Assembly (NCBI GenBank): GCA_019721075.1
Contig: JAHEAD010000018.1
Location: forward strand, 1-42,159
Reading direction: 5' to 3'
Source: Candidatus Sysuiplasma jiujiangense
GTDB lineage: Archaea > Thermoplasmatota > Thermoplasmata > Sysuiplasmatales > Sysuiplasmataceae
DNA length: 42,159 nucleotides
In this document: positions 1-9,777 of the stretch, in pieces
Numbering within the stretch: position 1 is the first letter of the stretch
Layout: every line of letters starts with the position of its first letter
Made by a program: the position numbers and the translations under genes
Notes under the pieces: model-generated
Told to the model about the DNA's origin: nothing
Seen by the model: the letters and a program-made list of their open reading frames with translations, nothing else
Databases searched by the model: none

Positions 1-582
1 GAGGATGACATCACTGTCATCCAGCCTCTTTCCCTTCCAGAAGCCTCGATAGAGATCGAGAATGGGAGCGGCCTTCTCCGCGAACTGCGGATCTCTGGGA
101 AATATCCAGGAACGCCGGTACCATGGCCTTATTGCATCAGCGCTCAGCCATTCCTGTATTGTCGTCATGCCCGGTGTCCTCTGCAGCTGTGTTTCCGCCG
201 CCTTCCTTATGTCGTTCAGCGACAGCCTGCTGAGCGGCAGACCGAGCTGTGAAGGCCGTTCGCACGCTATCGCCTTTATGGTTGCCCTGACCTGGTCGTC
301 GTAGATGCGCGGCCTGCCGCTCCTCTCCTCGTCTCCGAGACCGTCAACTCTCTTCTCTGCGAACCTTCTCCTCCATGTGCGTACTGTGTTCGACGCACAG
401 CGGAGTTTCCGCGCTATGCCGTAATTGCTCATACCGTCTGCTGCGAGCAGCACTATGCTTGCACGCAGCACATCACGCTGTGCTGATGTTGATTTCCTTA
501 CAGTTGATTCAAGTTCCTTTCTTTCCTTCTTTGAGAGTTCAATGATTGACTTTGGCGCTATATTTGGCAATACCCATCCCAT
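1..582 (-). CDS. IS630-family transposase, N-terminal 194 codons (partial; absent from ORF track)
   Basis: Manual translation: MGWVLPNIAPKSIIELSKKERKELESTVRKSTSAQRDVLRASIVLLAADGMSNYGIARKLRCASNTVRTWRRRFAEKRVDGLGDEERSGRPR...WIFPRDPQFAEKAAPILDLY. The HTH, the RSGRP motif and the DP.F..K...ILDLY motif are typical of IS630. The frame is open to the window edge. Confidence 0.9.
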   Translation of the reverse strand, partial: MGWVLPNIAPKSIIELSKKERKELESTVRKSTSAQRDVLRASIVLLAADGMSNYGIARKLRCASNTVRTWRRRFAEKRVDGLGDEERSGRPRIYDDQVRATIKAIACERPSQLGLPLSRLSLNDIRKAAETQLQRTPGMTTIQEWLSADAIRPWYRRSWIFPRDPQFAEKAAPILDLYRGFWKGKRLDDSDVIL

Positions 583-648
583 CCCGACGCGCTGCCGTCG
601 GGAATGTTACGGCATTACTACTTCAAAGACTTTACGATTGGAGCACTA
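1..648 (-). mobile_element. IS630-family insertion sequence, left part (continues beyond window start)
   Basis: Transposase ORF 582->1. The probable left end is at the TA within CTAG (646-649), and the minus strand reads TAGTGCTCCAATCG into the element. IS630 elements insert at TA, often within CTAG. The other end is outside the window, so the IR cannot be confirmed. Confidence 0.75.
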
Positions 649-1033
649 GTACCTTGTTTCAGTGACTGAGTTCGGTGCTTTGAATTTCGGCAAACAGTAC
701 CCTGCCAATAATAATGTGGCATAGCCAAGGCACGTTACCAGCCGCTGTAGTCCCTTTCATCCCGGAGTTCGTTCGTTTTGCCTCCTTGAATTTTCTGTAT
801 GGACAGAACAGATTCCTTTCTCTCTTTAGAAGTGGTCATAAGGCCCAGACCGGTGTCTATATAGGACTCTCTTGATTAATTTCTAATGCTCTTCGGCCCT
901 TTGAATAACCGGAATCGTTGAGCCATTCTCACGGGGAAAAATATGGTGCCGCCTCATCGGACGATTCTTCTATCCGTTCTGCATACGGATTGTATTCCAT
1001 GAAACAGTTACCCGCATTGGCACTCATTTCCTG

Positions 1034-1040
1034 AAAAAAA
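1034..1040 (-). terminator. Putative archaeal oligo-U terminator
   Basis: T7 run on the minus strand about 12 nt after the stop codon of the hydantoinase B gene. Confidence 0.4.
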
Positions 1041-1051
1041 GGGGCAGAGCA

Positions 1052-2719
1052 TTAAACAATTTCCGTGTTTTCAGAAAAACGCACAGGAGGGGAAACCGCC
1101 TGAGTCAGGCCCTGCCGCTCGTCATTAATGCGGTCCGTGAGAGTCCTTTCGTTTGCATTTCCGTATCCGCCGCCTCCGGCAGTGCGGATGAGAAAAATGT
1201 CTCCCTGTTCCATTTCAATGGAACACTTTGAGGGTACGCGCTTCCAGGTTCCAGGCGAAGAATTTTTCATTAAGTGGAATTCAGAACCTTTGCCGTCCTC
1301 TCCCCCTTCAAGGCCATACGGGAATGTATTCTCCCTTTCGGCGACAACTGTGAGCGTCATTTTTTCCAGGGCCCTGTAAGCACGATCGATGCCGCAGCCG
1401 CCACGCCATCTGCCGGCCCCCCCGCTTCCGGTCCGAAGTTCATATCTGACTATCTCAATGGGATAATCAAGCTCGACTATTTCCGCGGGCGTGTTCATCG
1501 TGTTGGTCATATTGCACTGTATGCCACTGACGCCGTCGCCCCCGTCATATGCCCCCGAGCCGACGCCGTTCGTCTCGTAGAACGACCAGGTCGAGCCGTG
1601 CGAAACTCCTCCAATCATCACGTTGTTCATTGAACCGCCGCATGCGGCGGGCACCTTTCCCGGAGCAAACCCTGCAAATGCGCGGAAAAGGACATCGACG
1701 TTTCTCATGCTTGTTTCAGTGTTACCTGCGGAAACAGGGAACGGAAATTCCGGATTCAGCAGGCTGCGTTCGGGAACCCTGACATCGACCGGTGAAAAGC
1801 AGCCATCGTTCGTCACTATGTCCGTTCCTGCAATTGCCCTGAGTACAAAATACACACCTGAAAGCGTGACGCCGAAAACAGCATTCAGCGGTGTCCTCAC
1901 CTGCTCCGCTGTTCCTTCGTAGTCGGCAGTCAGCCGCCTGCCCTTCTTCTTAAGTCTGACGCGCAGCACTACCTTCCTGCCGTCCGGCAGTTCCATGTAA
2001 TCCTCCGCGCCGGAAATGCCGTCCTTCATTTCCGATAGCCTGTGTTCAGTTATTTCCCTCGAGCGCTGTATTGCTGTTTCGTTTGCTTCTTCAAAACTCC
2101 GGATACCGTATTTTTCGAGCAGTGCCCGCAGCCTGGTTTCACCGAGCAGATTTGCTGCAATCTGTGCCCTGATGTCTCCACGTCTCTGATAAGGATCCCT
2201 TGAATTGGAAGACAGAAGCCTTATGAAAGACACATCTGTCCTTCCCTTCTTCATAAGCTTCACCGGATCAATTATAAAACCTTCCTGGAAGAGTTCCTCT
2301 GCATCGAACGGAATGCTTCCGGGAACCTTTCCACCCACGTCCGAATGATGAGCCTTGTTCGCCGCGAATGCTGCTAGCTTTCCTTTGTGGAAGACAGGCC
2401 TTATCACCGTTATGTCGTTAAGATGCGTTCCGGAGAGGTAGGGGTTGTTTACAGCAATCATGTCTCCCACGGAAATCTGCATGCCTTCCCTCCTCATGTG
2501 CTGCAGCGTCCTGCCGAGTCCCCACGGCAGGGATCCGAGATGAACCGGTATATGCTCCGCCTGCGCGATGAGCCGTCCCTCCCTGTCCAGCAGGGCGCAG
2601 GAGTGATCCATCCTGTCCTTTATGTTCGGAGAATAGGCTGAATTCCGCAGGACTATGCCCATCTCCTCGCTGGCATACATGAGCGATGATGAGATGATTT
2701 CTGAAGTGAATGACTCCAC
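1052..2719 (-). CDS. Hydantoinase B / 5-oxoprolinase subunit
   Basis: 555 aa with SPNIKDRMDHSCAL, HIPVHLGS, GTHLNDI, HHSDVGG, NTMNTPAE, GGAGRWRGG and TAGGGGYG motifs. GTG start with a GGTGA RBS. Confidence 0.92.
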   Translation of the reverse strand: MESFTSEIISSSLMYASEEMGIVLRNSAYSPNIKDRMDHSCALLDREGRLIAQAEHIPVHLGSLPWGLGRTLQHMRREGMQISVGDMIAVNNPYLSGTHLNDITVIRPVFHKGKLAAFAANKAHHSDVGGKVPGSIPFDAEELFQEGFIIDPVKLMKKGRTDVSFIRLLSSNSRDPYQRRGDIRAQIAANLLGETRLRALLEKYGIRSFEEANETAIQRSREITEHRLSEMKDGISGAEDYMELPDGRKVVLRVRLKKKGRRLTADYEGTAEQVRTPLNAVFGVTLSGVYFVLRAIAGTDIVTNDGCFSPVDVRVPERSLLNPEFPFPVSAGNTETSMRNVDVLFRAFAGFAPGKVPAACGGSMNNVMIGGVSHGSTWSFYETNGVGSGAYDGGDGVSGIQCNMTNTMNTPAEIVELDYPIEIVRYELRTGSGGAGRWRGGCGIDRAYRALEKMTLTVVAERENTFPYGLEGGEDGKGSEFHLMKNSSPGTWKRVPSKCSIEMEQGDIFLIRTAGGGGYGNANERTLTDRINDERQGLTQAVSPPVRFSENTEIV

Positions 2720-2723
2720 CGTC

Positions 2724-4808
2724 TCACCTCCTCCTCAGAACGATATTTTTCCACCGGTCCATCTCTGCCCTCCACCCCTTCGGAATGACTGTCGTTGTGT
2801 CGTACTGCCTTACGAGTGCAGGTCCGTCGAATCTGTTTCCGGGAACGATTTTCTCCCGTGAAACAACAGGTGTTTCTTCCGCCTCATCGCCAAACCATAC
2901 CTCAGTCCAGCCTGTCACCGCCTCCTTCGACAATCTCCTGCTGCCGGTTGCGCATCCTTCCATGACTGCCTTCTTCCTTACTCCGACGGCCGTAACACGT
3001 GCGGACACAAAGAGCACAGGGTCTTCTGCCGAAACGTAACCATAGAGTCTTCTGTGCCTTCTGCCGAACAGTCGCGCGATCTTTTCCGGCAGGTCTTCCC
3101 CCTTCCACCATCCCCCACGGGAGGGAAGCGTTATTGCAGTTTCTGCGCCCTGTCCCTCATAACGGAGCATCGCCTGTCTTATGAAGTGGAATCGGCCTGT
3201 GTCAGTGAAATCGCCGGAAATTTCCGCATGGGCCTTCTCCTCCAGCTTTTCGAAATATGCGGATATTTCGCGCGAATCCAGTTCATCAAGCTTTTTCATT
3301 GCGCCCGCAAAGTATTCTCTCCTGATGTCCGAAACAACAAGTCCGAGTGCGGAGAAGAGTCCGGGATGCTCCGGGACAATTATCGATTTGATGCCGATAT
3401 CCTCTGCAAGTTCCGCTGCATGAAGAGGACCTGCACCGCCGAAGCACAGCATTGAGAATCCTCTTGGATCGAGTCCGCGTTCAATGCTCACTATCCTCAG
3501 GATCTTTGACATGTTCAGATTTGCCACTGCCAGGATGCCCAGGGCTGTTTCGCAAATGCCTGTCCCGAGTCTTGAACACAACCTTTCGGACAGCGCGTCT
3601 TCCGCCGCCTTTCTGTCCAGCGGCATTGCCCCACCAAGAAGAGCATCTCCCGGCAGTCTGTTAAGCAGCAGATTGGCGTCTGTAACGGTTGGCTCCCTTC
3701 CCGCCCTGCCGTAGCATGCCGGACCGGGTATGGAACCGGCACTCTGCGGTCCCACGCGAAGGGAGCCGCCATCATCCAGCCAGGCTAAGGAGCCTCCTCC
3801 TGCGCCGGTCTCCGCAAGATCTATGAATGGAAATCTGACGGTATAACCGCTGCCCCTGATCGAGCGTCCGCTGTGAGTGGTGCCGGCCGCCTCGAACTCG
3901 TAGGAATGCTCGATCTCGCCATTGTGAATCACGCCGGCCTTTGCAGTCGTGCCTCCCATATCGAATGTGATAATGTCTCTGATCCCTGTCAGTCTTGAAA
4001 GATGCAGCGCAGAAACCACGCCGCTTGCTGGACCCGACTCTATCATCGAGACAGGTCTGTCTACCACATCCGCTGCGGTGTTGAGGCCGCCGTCGGACTG
4101 CATTATGTACAGGGGGACAGATCCGAACTCCTTCTTCAGGCGCTCTGTTATTCCGCTGATGTAACCGGAGACAGCCGGGCTGAGAACCGCATTCACCACA
4201 GCGGTGCTCGTCCTCTCGAACTCCCCCGGCTGCGGATCTATGTCGCTGGAGGAGACGGTTCTGAAGCCCATGCTGCGCAGGAAACCTGCGGCAAATTGCT
4301 CATTGCTCCCGTTTGCATAGGAGTTGATGAATGAAACGACTACGACCCCGGGAGAAATTTTCCGCAGGGAAGCTGACGCCGTCTCAAGCTCCGCTTCAGC
4401 TGGTTTCATCAGAACTCTTCCGCCTGCGTCAGTGCGTTCCCTGACCGTTATTCTCCGCTCTCTTGTCACAATCTGTTCCGGTCGCTTCAGTTTAAGATTG
4501 TATAATTCAGCTCTCCTCATCCGTCCTATCTCTATAACATCCCTGAAACCTTCTGTCGTCACGAGCGCAACCCGCGGCCAGTTTTTGTGTGTCAGCAATG
4601 TATTGGTTGCAATCGTGCCCGAATGCAGCACGAGGCCCGGTTTGCCGGGGGAAGATGCGGCTCTCACCCCTTCAATCAGAGCGTCTTCGGGCTTCTCCGT
4701 CGTAGCTATCTTGACTGTGAAAAGTCTTCGCCCGTGGTCGTCAGACGCGACGATGTCTGTGAATGTTCCCCCTATGTCGATGCCTACGACGACTGCTTCC
4801 GGTTTCAC
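2724..4808 (-). CDS. Hydantoinase A / 5-oxoprolinase ATP-binding subunit
   Basis: 694 aa with GIDIGGTFTD, GTIATN, EFERTSTAVVNA, ESGPASG, FDMGGTT, GAGGGS, GPACYG, PTVTDA and FGGAGPLHA motifs. Lies 4 nt from the B subunit gene. Confidence 0.93.
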   Translation of the reverse strand: MKPEAVVVGIDIGGTFTDIVASDDHGRRLFTVKIATTEKPEDALIEGVRAASSPGKPGLVLHSGTIATNTLLTHKNWPRVALVTTEGFRDVIEIGRMRRAELYNLKLKRPEQIVTRERRITVRERTDAGGRVLMKPAEAELETASASLRKISPGVVVVSFINSYANGSNEQFAAGFLRSMGFRTVSSSDIDPQPGEFERTSTAVVNAVLSPAVSGYISGITERLKKEFGSVPLYIMQSDGGLNTAADVVDRPVSMIESGPASGVVSALHLSRLTGIRDIITFDMGGTTAKAGVIHNGEIEHSYEFEAAGTTHSGRSIRGSGYTVRFPFIDLAETGAGGGSLAWLDDGGSLRVGPQSAGSIPGPACYGRAGREPTVTDANLLLNRLPGDALLGGAMPLDRKAAEDALSERLCSRLGTGICETALGILAVANLNMSKILRIVSIERGLDPRGFSMLCFGGAGPLHAAELAEDIGIKSIIVPEHPGLFSALGLVVSDIRREYFAGAMKKLDELDSREISAYFEKLEEKAHAEISGDFTDTGRFHFIRQAMLRYEGQGAETAITLPSRGGWWKGEDLPEKIARLFGRRHRRLYGYVSAEDPVLFVSARVTAVGVRKKAVMEGCATGSRRLSKEAVTGWTEVWFGDEAEETPVVSREKIVPGNRFDGPALVRQYDTTTVIPKGWRAEMDRWKNIVLRRR

Positions 4809-4841
4809 CTGTCAATCAGCAGTCAATCAAGAGGCACTCTT

Positions 4842-4849
4842 TATTTAAA
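4842..4849 (-). promoter_or_regulatory. Archaeal TATA box for the hydantoinase operon
   Basis: Minus strand reads GAAAA-TTTAAATA (purine-rich BRE plus TATA) about 33 nt upstream of the GTG at 4808. Confidence 0.55.
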
Positions 4850-5013
4850 TTTTCATTCCGTGCAATGCCCCGTGCACCAGTCAGTCAGCAGCAGGTGCGT
4901 TGGGCAGCAAACTGCATTTTCCCGCATGCTTCCTGCTCAGCACGTTTTCGCAACTATTATTATACGGAGGCTGTCAATACCTTGAAGTCAAAAACGGTTC
5001 AGATGATGCGAAA

Positions 5014-6516
5014 ATGCAGGAATCCCCGGACAGTGGAAAGGCCGACGAAGTCAACAGGCTCATGGAAGTCAGGAGAAACAAGCTGAAGAGGCAGATAGAG
5101 CTGGGACTGAATCCGTTCGCATATTCCTTCAGCAGGACACACACTTCAGCAGCAGTCAGGGAGAATTATGCCTCCGCAACACATGAACCCTCTGCCGATA
5201 CAGTAAGAGTGGCGGGCAGGGTTATGTCCGTCAGGGATCACGGGAAGTCATGTTTCATGAGCCTGAAGGACAGAAGCGGTACCATACAGTTGTATGGACG
5301 GGAGGATAAACTCGGCAGTGACCTCTACCCGCTTTTCAAGGAGATCGATGCCGGCGACATAGTTGGCATAGAGGGCCGGGTTTTCAGGACCAGACGGGGT
5401 GAAATCACAATTGATGTCACCTCCTTCACACCGCTGGCAAAGTCTCTCAGACCGCTTCCCGAGAAATTCCATGGCCTTCGGGACGTCGAGGCAAGGTACA
5501 GGATGCGTTATGTCGATCTTGCTGTAAACGATGAAGTGCTGAGCACGTTTATAATGAGGAGCAGAATTATCTCAGCAATACGGCGCTGGCTGGATGACCG
5601 GGATTTCATTGAGGTCGAGACACCGGTACTGACGCCTGTACCGGGCGGCGCCCTCGCCCGGCCGTTCGTGACTCATTACAATTTTCTCGAACAGGATTTC
5701 TATCTGAGGATCGCCACCGAACTTTACCTGAAGAGGCTGATCGTGGGTGGAATGGAGAAGGTTTACGAGATAGGCAAGGATTTCAGGAACGAGGACATCG
5801 ATACCACCCACAATCCGGAGTTCACCATGCTTGAGCTGTACCAGGCATACGCAGACTACAATGATATCATGTCACTGACAGAGAGCCTGGTAAGCGACGC
5901 ACTGCTGTCGGTGAAGGGCGATTACACTGTAAGCTACAGAGGGAACAGTCTGGACTTCAAGCCGCCATGGCGGAGAATAACAATGGTCGACGCAATAAGG
6001 GAAATCGGTGAAATAGATATCGATGCCGACGATGCTGAGTCGCTTCAGAAAACAGCGGCGAAACTGAAGCTTGAGGACATCCAAGACGGGATGAGCGCCG
6101 GTGAACTCATTGCAGAGATTTTCGACCAGAAGGTCCAGGAAATGATCGTGCAGCCGACAATCGTCTACGACCATCCCGTCGAAGTCAGCCCGCTTGCCAA
6201 GAAGAAGCGGGGTAACCCCAGGTTCGCCGAACGATTCGAGCCGTTCGTGTGCGGCATGGAATTTGGGAATGCATTTTCGGAGCTGAATGATCCCATTGAG
6301 CAGAAAGAAAATTTCGAGAGGCAGAGAGTCAGGCGGGAAGGCGGGGACGTGGAGGCGCATCCTTATGATGAGGATTATATCGTCGCGATGGAATACGGCC
6401 TGCCGCCGACTGGTGGTCTGGGTCTTGGCATAGACAGGCTCTGCATGGTGTTCTCCGGCACAGATTCGATAAAGGAAGTGATTCTCTTCCCTCAACTGAA
6501 GAGGAAAGAGGAGTGA
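5014..6516 (+). CDS. lysS: Lysyl-tRNA synthetase, class II
   Basis: OB-fold (VAGRVMSVRDHGK), LRPLPEKFHGL, RYRMRYVDL, YLRIATELYLKRL, motif 2 FRNEDID..HNPEFTMLE, motif 3 PPTGGLGLGIDRL. Start moved from the TTG at 4900 to the ATG at 5014. Confidence 0.97.
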   Translation: MQESPDSGKADEVNRLMEVRRNKLKRQIELGLNPFAYSFSRTHTSAAVRENYASATHEPSADTVRVAGRVMSVRDHGKSCFMSLKDRSGTIQLYGREDKLGSDLYPLFKEIDAGDIVGIEGRVFRTRRGEITIDVTSFTPLAKSLRPLPEKFHGLRDVEARYRMRYVDLAVNDEVLSTFIMRSRIISAIRRWLDDRDFIEVETPVLTPVPGGALARPFVTHYNFLEQDFYLRIATELYLKRLIVGGMEKVYEIGKDFRNEDIDTTHNPEFTMLELYQAYADYNDIMSLTESLVSDALLSVKGDYTVSYRGNSLDFKPPWRRITMVDAIREIGEIDIDADDAESLQKTAAKLKLEDIQDGMSAGELIAEIFDQKVQEMIVQPTIVYDHPVEVSPLAKKKRGNPRFAERFEPFVCGMEFGNAFSELNDPIEQKENFERQRVRREGGDVEAHPYDEDYIVAMEYGLPPTGGLGLGIDRLCMVFSGTDSIKEVILFPQLKRKEE

Positions 6517-6601
6517 CACTGCCGCCTGCGGGCATTCGGCAGTATGTGCTGTATCATCGAACCGCTGAGCTGACGAAACTGAAAATACCCGAGCTGCGGG
6601 G

Positions 6602-7516
6602 CTATTCCCGGAACCGCTGCACTGTTTCCTCTGGATGCTCCGGCGCGGAGACTTTTTTGGGCCCGTCCCTGGAACCTATGAATATCCCAAGCGATATCAG
6701 TGCGAAACCGAAATACGTGTAGATGCTGTTGGTCTCTCCGAGAAGTGCATAACTCAGTACGACCGAAACCGCAGGCACGAGGAAAAACATTCCTGAAATC
6801 CGGGTTACGTCGTATTTGCGCATCAGCTGGAAGTAGATGAGATAGGCAAAAGCGGAGCCGAACAGCCCCATATACACCGCTATCAGAATGAAAGTCAGAT
6901 TTATCCCCGATACGCTGAACTTTTCGGAAACTGCTGCCCACAGCAGGACAAACGGGACGGAGTATGCGAACTGAAGTGCGTTTACGCCGCCGACGCTTCT
7001 TCCCACAAGGTACTTCTTGTAGATGACCGCAGAGACTGACCATACGAATGCCGCAAGCACAAGATAGATAAGTCCTGGATTCAGGCTGAGGCTCAGCTGT
7101 TCTGCAAAAATTATGAACATACCGGCGAAACCTGTCACAACACCTGCGATTCTCGTCCCAGTCACTCTCTCCTTCAGGAAAAAATAGGAGAGGACAACAT
7201 TCATGATCGGGAAGGTGTAGATTATTATTGAAGAAATGGACGCGGGTTCCGTATTTTCTCCCAGAAACCAGAATCCCATGAAAAGCGCCGAATTGAGCAG
7301 CCCGGTAACCATGACGAGCAAGTTGTCCCCCAGTCCTCTGGGAATGTTCCTGAAACCGCCTATAATGACAAGAGAGAAGAGTGCGCCAAAGGCGACACGG
7401 AACAGCAGCACAAAAAGCGGCGCTTCATACTGCAGCGCAATTTTCAGCAGCGGATAGTTCAGGGCCCACATGGTAGCCATTGCCATGAAATAGACCGCAT
7501 CCCTGACCGAAGACAC
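6602..7516 (-). CDS. EamA/DMT-family transporter
   Basis: 304 aa, about 10 hydrophobic segments, two EamA repeats (W.LNYP..K, FLKERVT, LLGE). Confidence 0.88.
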   Translation of the reverse strand: MSSVRDAVYFMAMATMWALNYPLLKIALQYEAPLFVLLFRVAFGALFSLVIIGGFRNIPRGLGDNLLVMVTGLLNSALFMGFWFLGENTEPASISSIIIYTFPIMNVVLSYFFLKERVTGTRIAGVVTGFAGMFIIFAEQLSLSLNPGLIYLVLAAFVWSVSAVIYKKYLVGRSVGGVNALQFAYSVPFVLLWAAVSEKFSVSGINLTFILIAVYMGLFGSAFAYLIYFQLMRKYDVTRISGMFFLVPAVSVVLSYALLGETNSIYTYFGFALISLGIFIGSRDGPKKVSAPEHPEETVQRFRE

Positions 7517-7813
7517 AGGAAAGCTGATGCCTCAATTCCGTTTAATAATATTCGGTGGGAAGGCAGGTTTGGTCCACAACAGCGGACCGCTGCGGACTTT
7601 GGAAGCACCGTTCTGGTGACTGCTGAATGTCCTCTATGCCCGAGCGGGCAGTATGCCGCCTGTTCGCACGGCAATGCGCGGATCCGGTGTTTTCCTGAAC
7701 CGATTCCGGCCTTAAGCCCTCTGCCTGGCGTCGCCTGCCGCCGAAATCACCCACGCTGATTTTCACCCGTCAATTCAAAAGTTTGAATAACATCTTAATT
7801 GCTCCCCCGGCCG

Positions 7814-8893
7814 ATGATAAAATCTGTTGAGCACAGGATACTCGAAATTCCGATGAAGAAAGCTTTCAGGATTTCGCTCGGAAGTACGCAGTCGTACGAG
7901 GGTTTCCTCATTACTGTCAGAACCGACGACGGACTGACAGGTTACGGCGAAGCGGTGCCGACACCGTTCATTACAGGCGAAACACTGGGCTCAATCCGGG
8001 AGGCGCTGGGAATTCTGGGCCCTGTTCTCACCGGGCTTGATGAAACGGGAACGGAGCTGATAGCCGAAATCATGGAAAAAACGATTGCCGGATCCTATGC
8101 GGCCAAGTGCGGCATAGACATGGCACTTTGGGATCTCATGGGCAAAAGGGCCGGTCTGCCGCTGTCATCCCTGCTTGGAGGTTACAGGAAAAGCATACCG
8201 ACTTCTTTTACGGTGGACATCGGAACGATGGATGAAGTGGAGAAATACACGAAGGAATTTGTCGAGACGGGCATCAGGACAGTGAAGGTAAAGCTCGGCC
8301 GTGGACTGCGGGAGGATTATGAACGGGTAAAGAGGGCAAGACAGACTGCTGGAGACAGCGTGATGATATATGTTGATTTCAACCAGTCCTATTCGGCTAA
8401 GAAGGCCGTAGAGCTCAGCTCCATCATCCATAAATTCGAAATAGAATTCCTGGAACAGCCGACTCCTGCGAGCGATATTTCAGGGCTAAGATTTGTGAGG
8501 GAGAAAAGCGGCATTCCTGTCATGGCGGATGAGGCCGTTCATGGGCCGGAAGATGCAATGAGGATTGTAAAGGCAGAAGCAGCGGATATGATAAACATGA
8601 AGCTGATGAAGGCCGGCGGCATCAGCAGGGGCAGAAAAATTATAGAGATTGCGGAGGCGGCGGGAATGCCTGTAATGATTGGATGCATGGTGGAAACAAA
8701 GATAGCCGTGACGGCCGGAACGCATCTTGCGCTGGGCATGAAAAATGTGAAATATGCAGATCTTGACGGCTACTCAAGCCTGGTGCAAGACATAACCGCC
8801 GGCGGGCTTGTTCTGGAGAACGGGGAGAACAGCGTGTCCGGAAAACCGGGCCTGGGCCTTTCCATAGCACAGGAGGTTGGCACTCACGGATGA
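7814..8893 (+). CDS. Dipeptide epimerase (L-Ala-D/L-Glu epimerase, YkfB/YcjG-like; enolase superfamily)
   Basis: KVKLG (KxK), VDFNQ, EQP, ADE, NMKLMKAGG, GCMVET and the DLDG (DxD) motif diagnostic of dipeptide epimerases. ATG 7814 chosen as start. Confidence 0.88.
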   Translation: MIKSVEHRILEIPMKKAFRISLGSTQSYEGFLITVRTDDGLTGYGEAVPTPFITGETLGSIREALGILGPVLTGLDETGTELIAEIMEKTIAGSYAAKCGIDMALWDLMGKRAGLPLSSLLGGYRKSIPTSFTVDIGTMDEVEKYTKEFVETGIRTVKVKLGRGLREDYERVKRARQTAGDSVMIYVDFNQSYSAKKAVELSSIIHKFEIEFLEQPTPASDISGLRFVREKSGIPVMADEAVHGPEDAMRIVKAEAADMINMKLMKAGGISRGRKIIEIAEAAGMPVMIGCMVETKIAVTAGTHLALGMKNVKYADLDGYSSLVQDITAGGLVLENGENSVSGKPGLGLSIAQEVGTHG

Positions 8894-9636
8894 ATTGCGC
8901 GGCACAAAGGTGTCCGGAAAATGAAAAAGACGGAGAAGTGAGGAATCTGAAACTGAGGACAATTATCGGCGTATCGGATCTGAGGGCGGAACCGAAATTC
9001 AGATCTGAAAGGGTAAGCCAGACCATTTTCGGCGAGGCGGTCGATGTGCTGAAAGGCGGAAGCGGCGACTACATGCATGTCAGGGCTGCCGACGGATACG
9101 AGGCATACACGTCCAGAAACGGTTTCGGGAAGGTGTCGGCAGAACCGGAATACAAGATTGTGCAGGCCTGGAAGACAGGCGATATCAGGCTGCCGGTAGG
9201 CTCCCTTCTGACAGAGGATGACGTGGAAAAAATGCTTATCCCCCGGAAATTTTACAGGCCGCTTGATTATTCTGTTGATGTGCTGGGGCTGGCACGCGGA
9301 TATCTCGGCGTTCCCTACCTGTGGGGCGGAGTGTCGGAATTCGGTATAGACTGCTCCGGACTGGTTCAGCGCGTGTTCGGATTCAACGGTGTGAAACTTC
9401 CCAGGAATGCGGGTGAGCAGGAACATGCCGGTAAAATCGTATCATCTCTTGATGAGGCGGAGCCTGAGGATACTGTCTTCTTTCCGGGACATGTCGGAAT
9501 ATACATGGGAAAGGGGCGCCTGATTCATGCCAATCTGCACAATCAGAGGGTGAGCATAACCGATCTGTCTGACCGTAGCGCATATTCATCCTATCTGAGG
9601 AAACATGTGACATCAATAAGGAGGATAAGGAACTGA
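8890..9636 (+). CDS. SH3b-NlpC/P60 (C40) peptidase, YkfC-like gamma-D-glutamyl dipeptidyl-peptidase
   Basis: GVPYLWGG, GIDCSGLVQ, LPRNA, GHVGIY and IHAN give a Cys-His-His triad. N-terminal LRAEP...SERVSQTIFGE...DGY is SH3b-like. ATGA overlap with the epimerase (alternative GTG at 8938). No signal peptide. Confidence 0.88.
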   Translation: MNCAAQRCPENEKDGEVRNLKLRTIIGVSDLRAEPKFRSERVSQTIFGEAVDVLKGGSGDYMHVRAADGYEAYTSRNGFGKVSAEPEYKIVQAWKTGDIRLPVGSLLTEDDVEKMLIPRKFYRPLDYSVDVLGLARGYLGVPYLWGGVSEFGIDCSGLVQRVFGFNGVKLPRNAGEQEHAGKIVSSLDEAEPEDTVFFPGHVGIYMGKGRLIHANLHNQRVSITDLSDRSAYSSYLRKHVTSIRRIRN

Positions 9637-9777
9637 AGTTCAGACACGGGTTTATGGAATGGTCTTTCGAATTGGGCTGCAGTCTTTCTTGTTAGTCACG
9701 GGCAATCAGAACTGGCACCTCGATGGGCAGAATCGGCCTTCAATATTATTTCATACATGTAGGGTATAACCTCTTTC

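Noticed and set aside
646..1030. Possible second IS630-like end starting CTAGTACC on the plus strand
   Set aside because: No transposase remnant or matching inverted repeat was found in the following 400 bp.
4900..5013. N-terminal extension of LysRS in the ORF track
   Set aside because: It spans the AT-rich promoter region and does not resemble LysRS. ATG 5014 gives a normal 500-aa protein.
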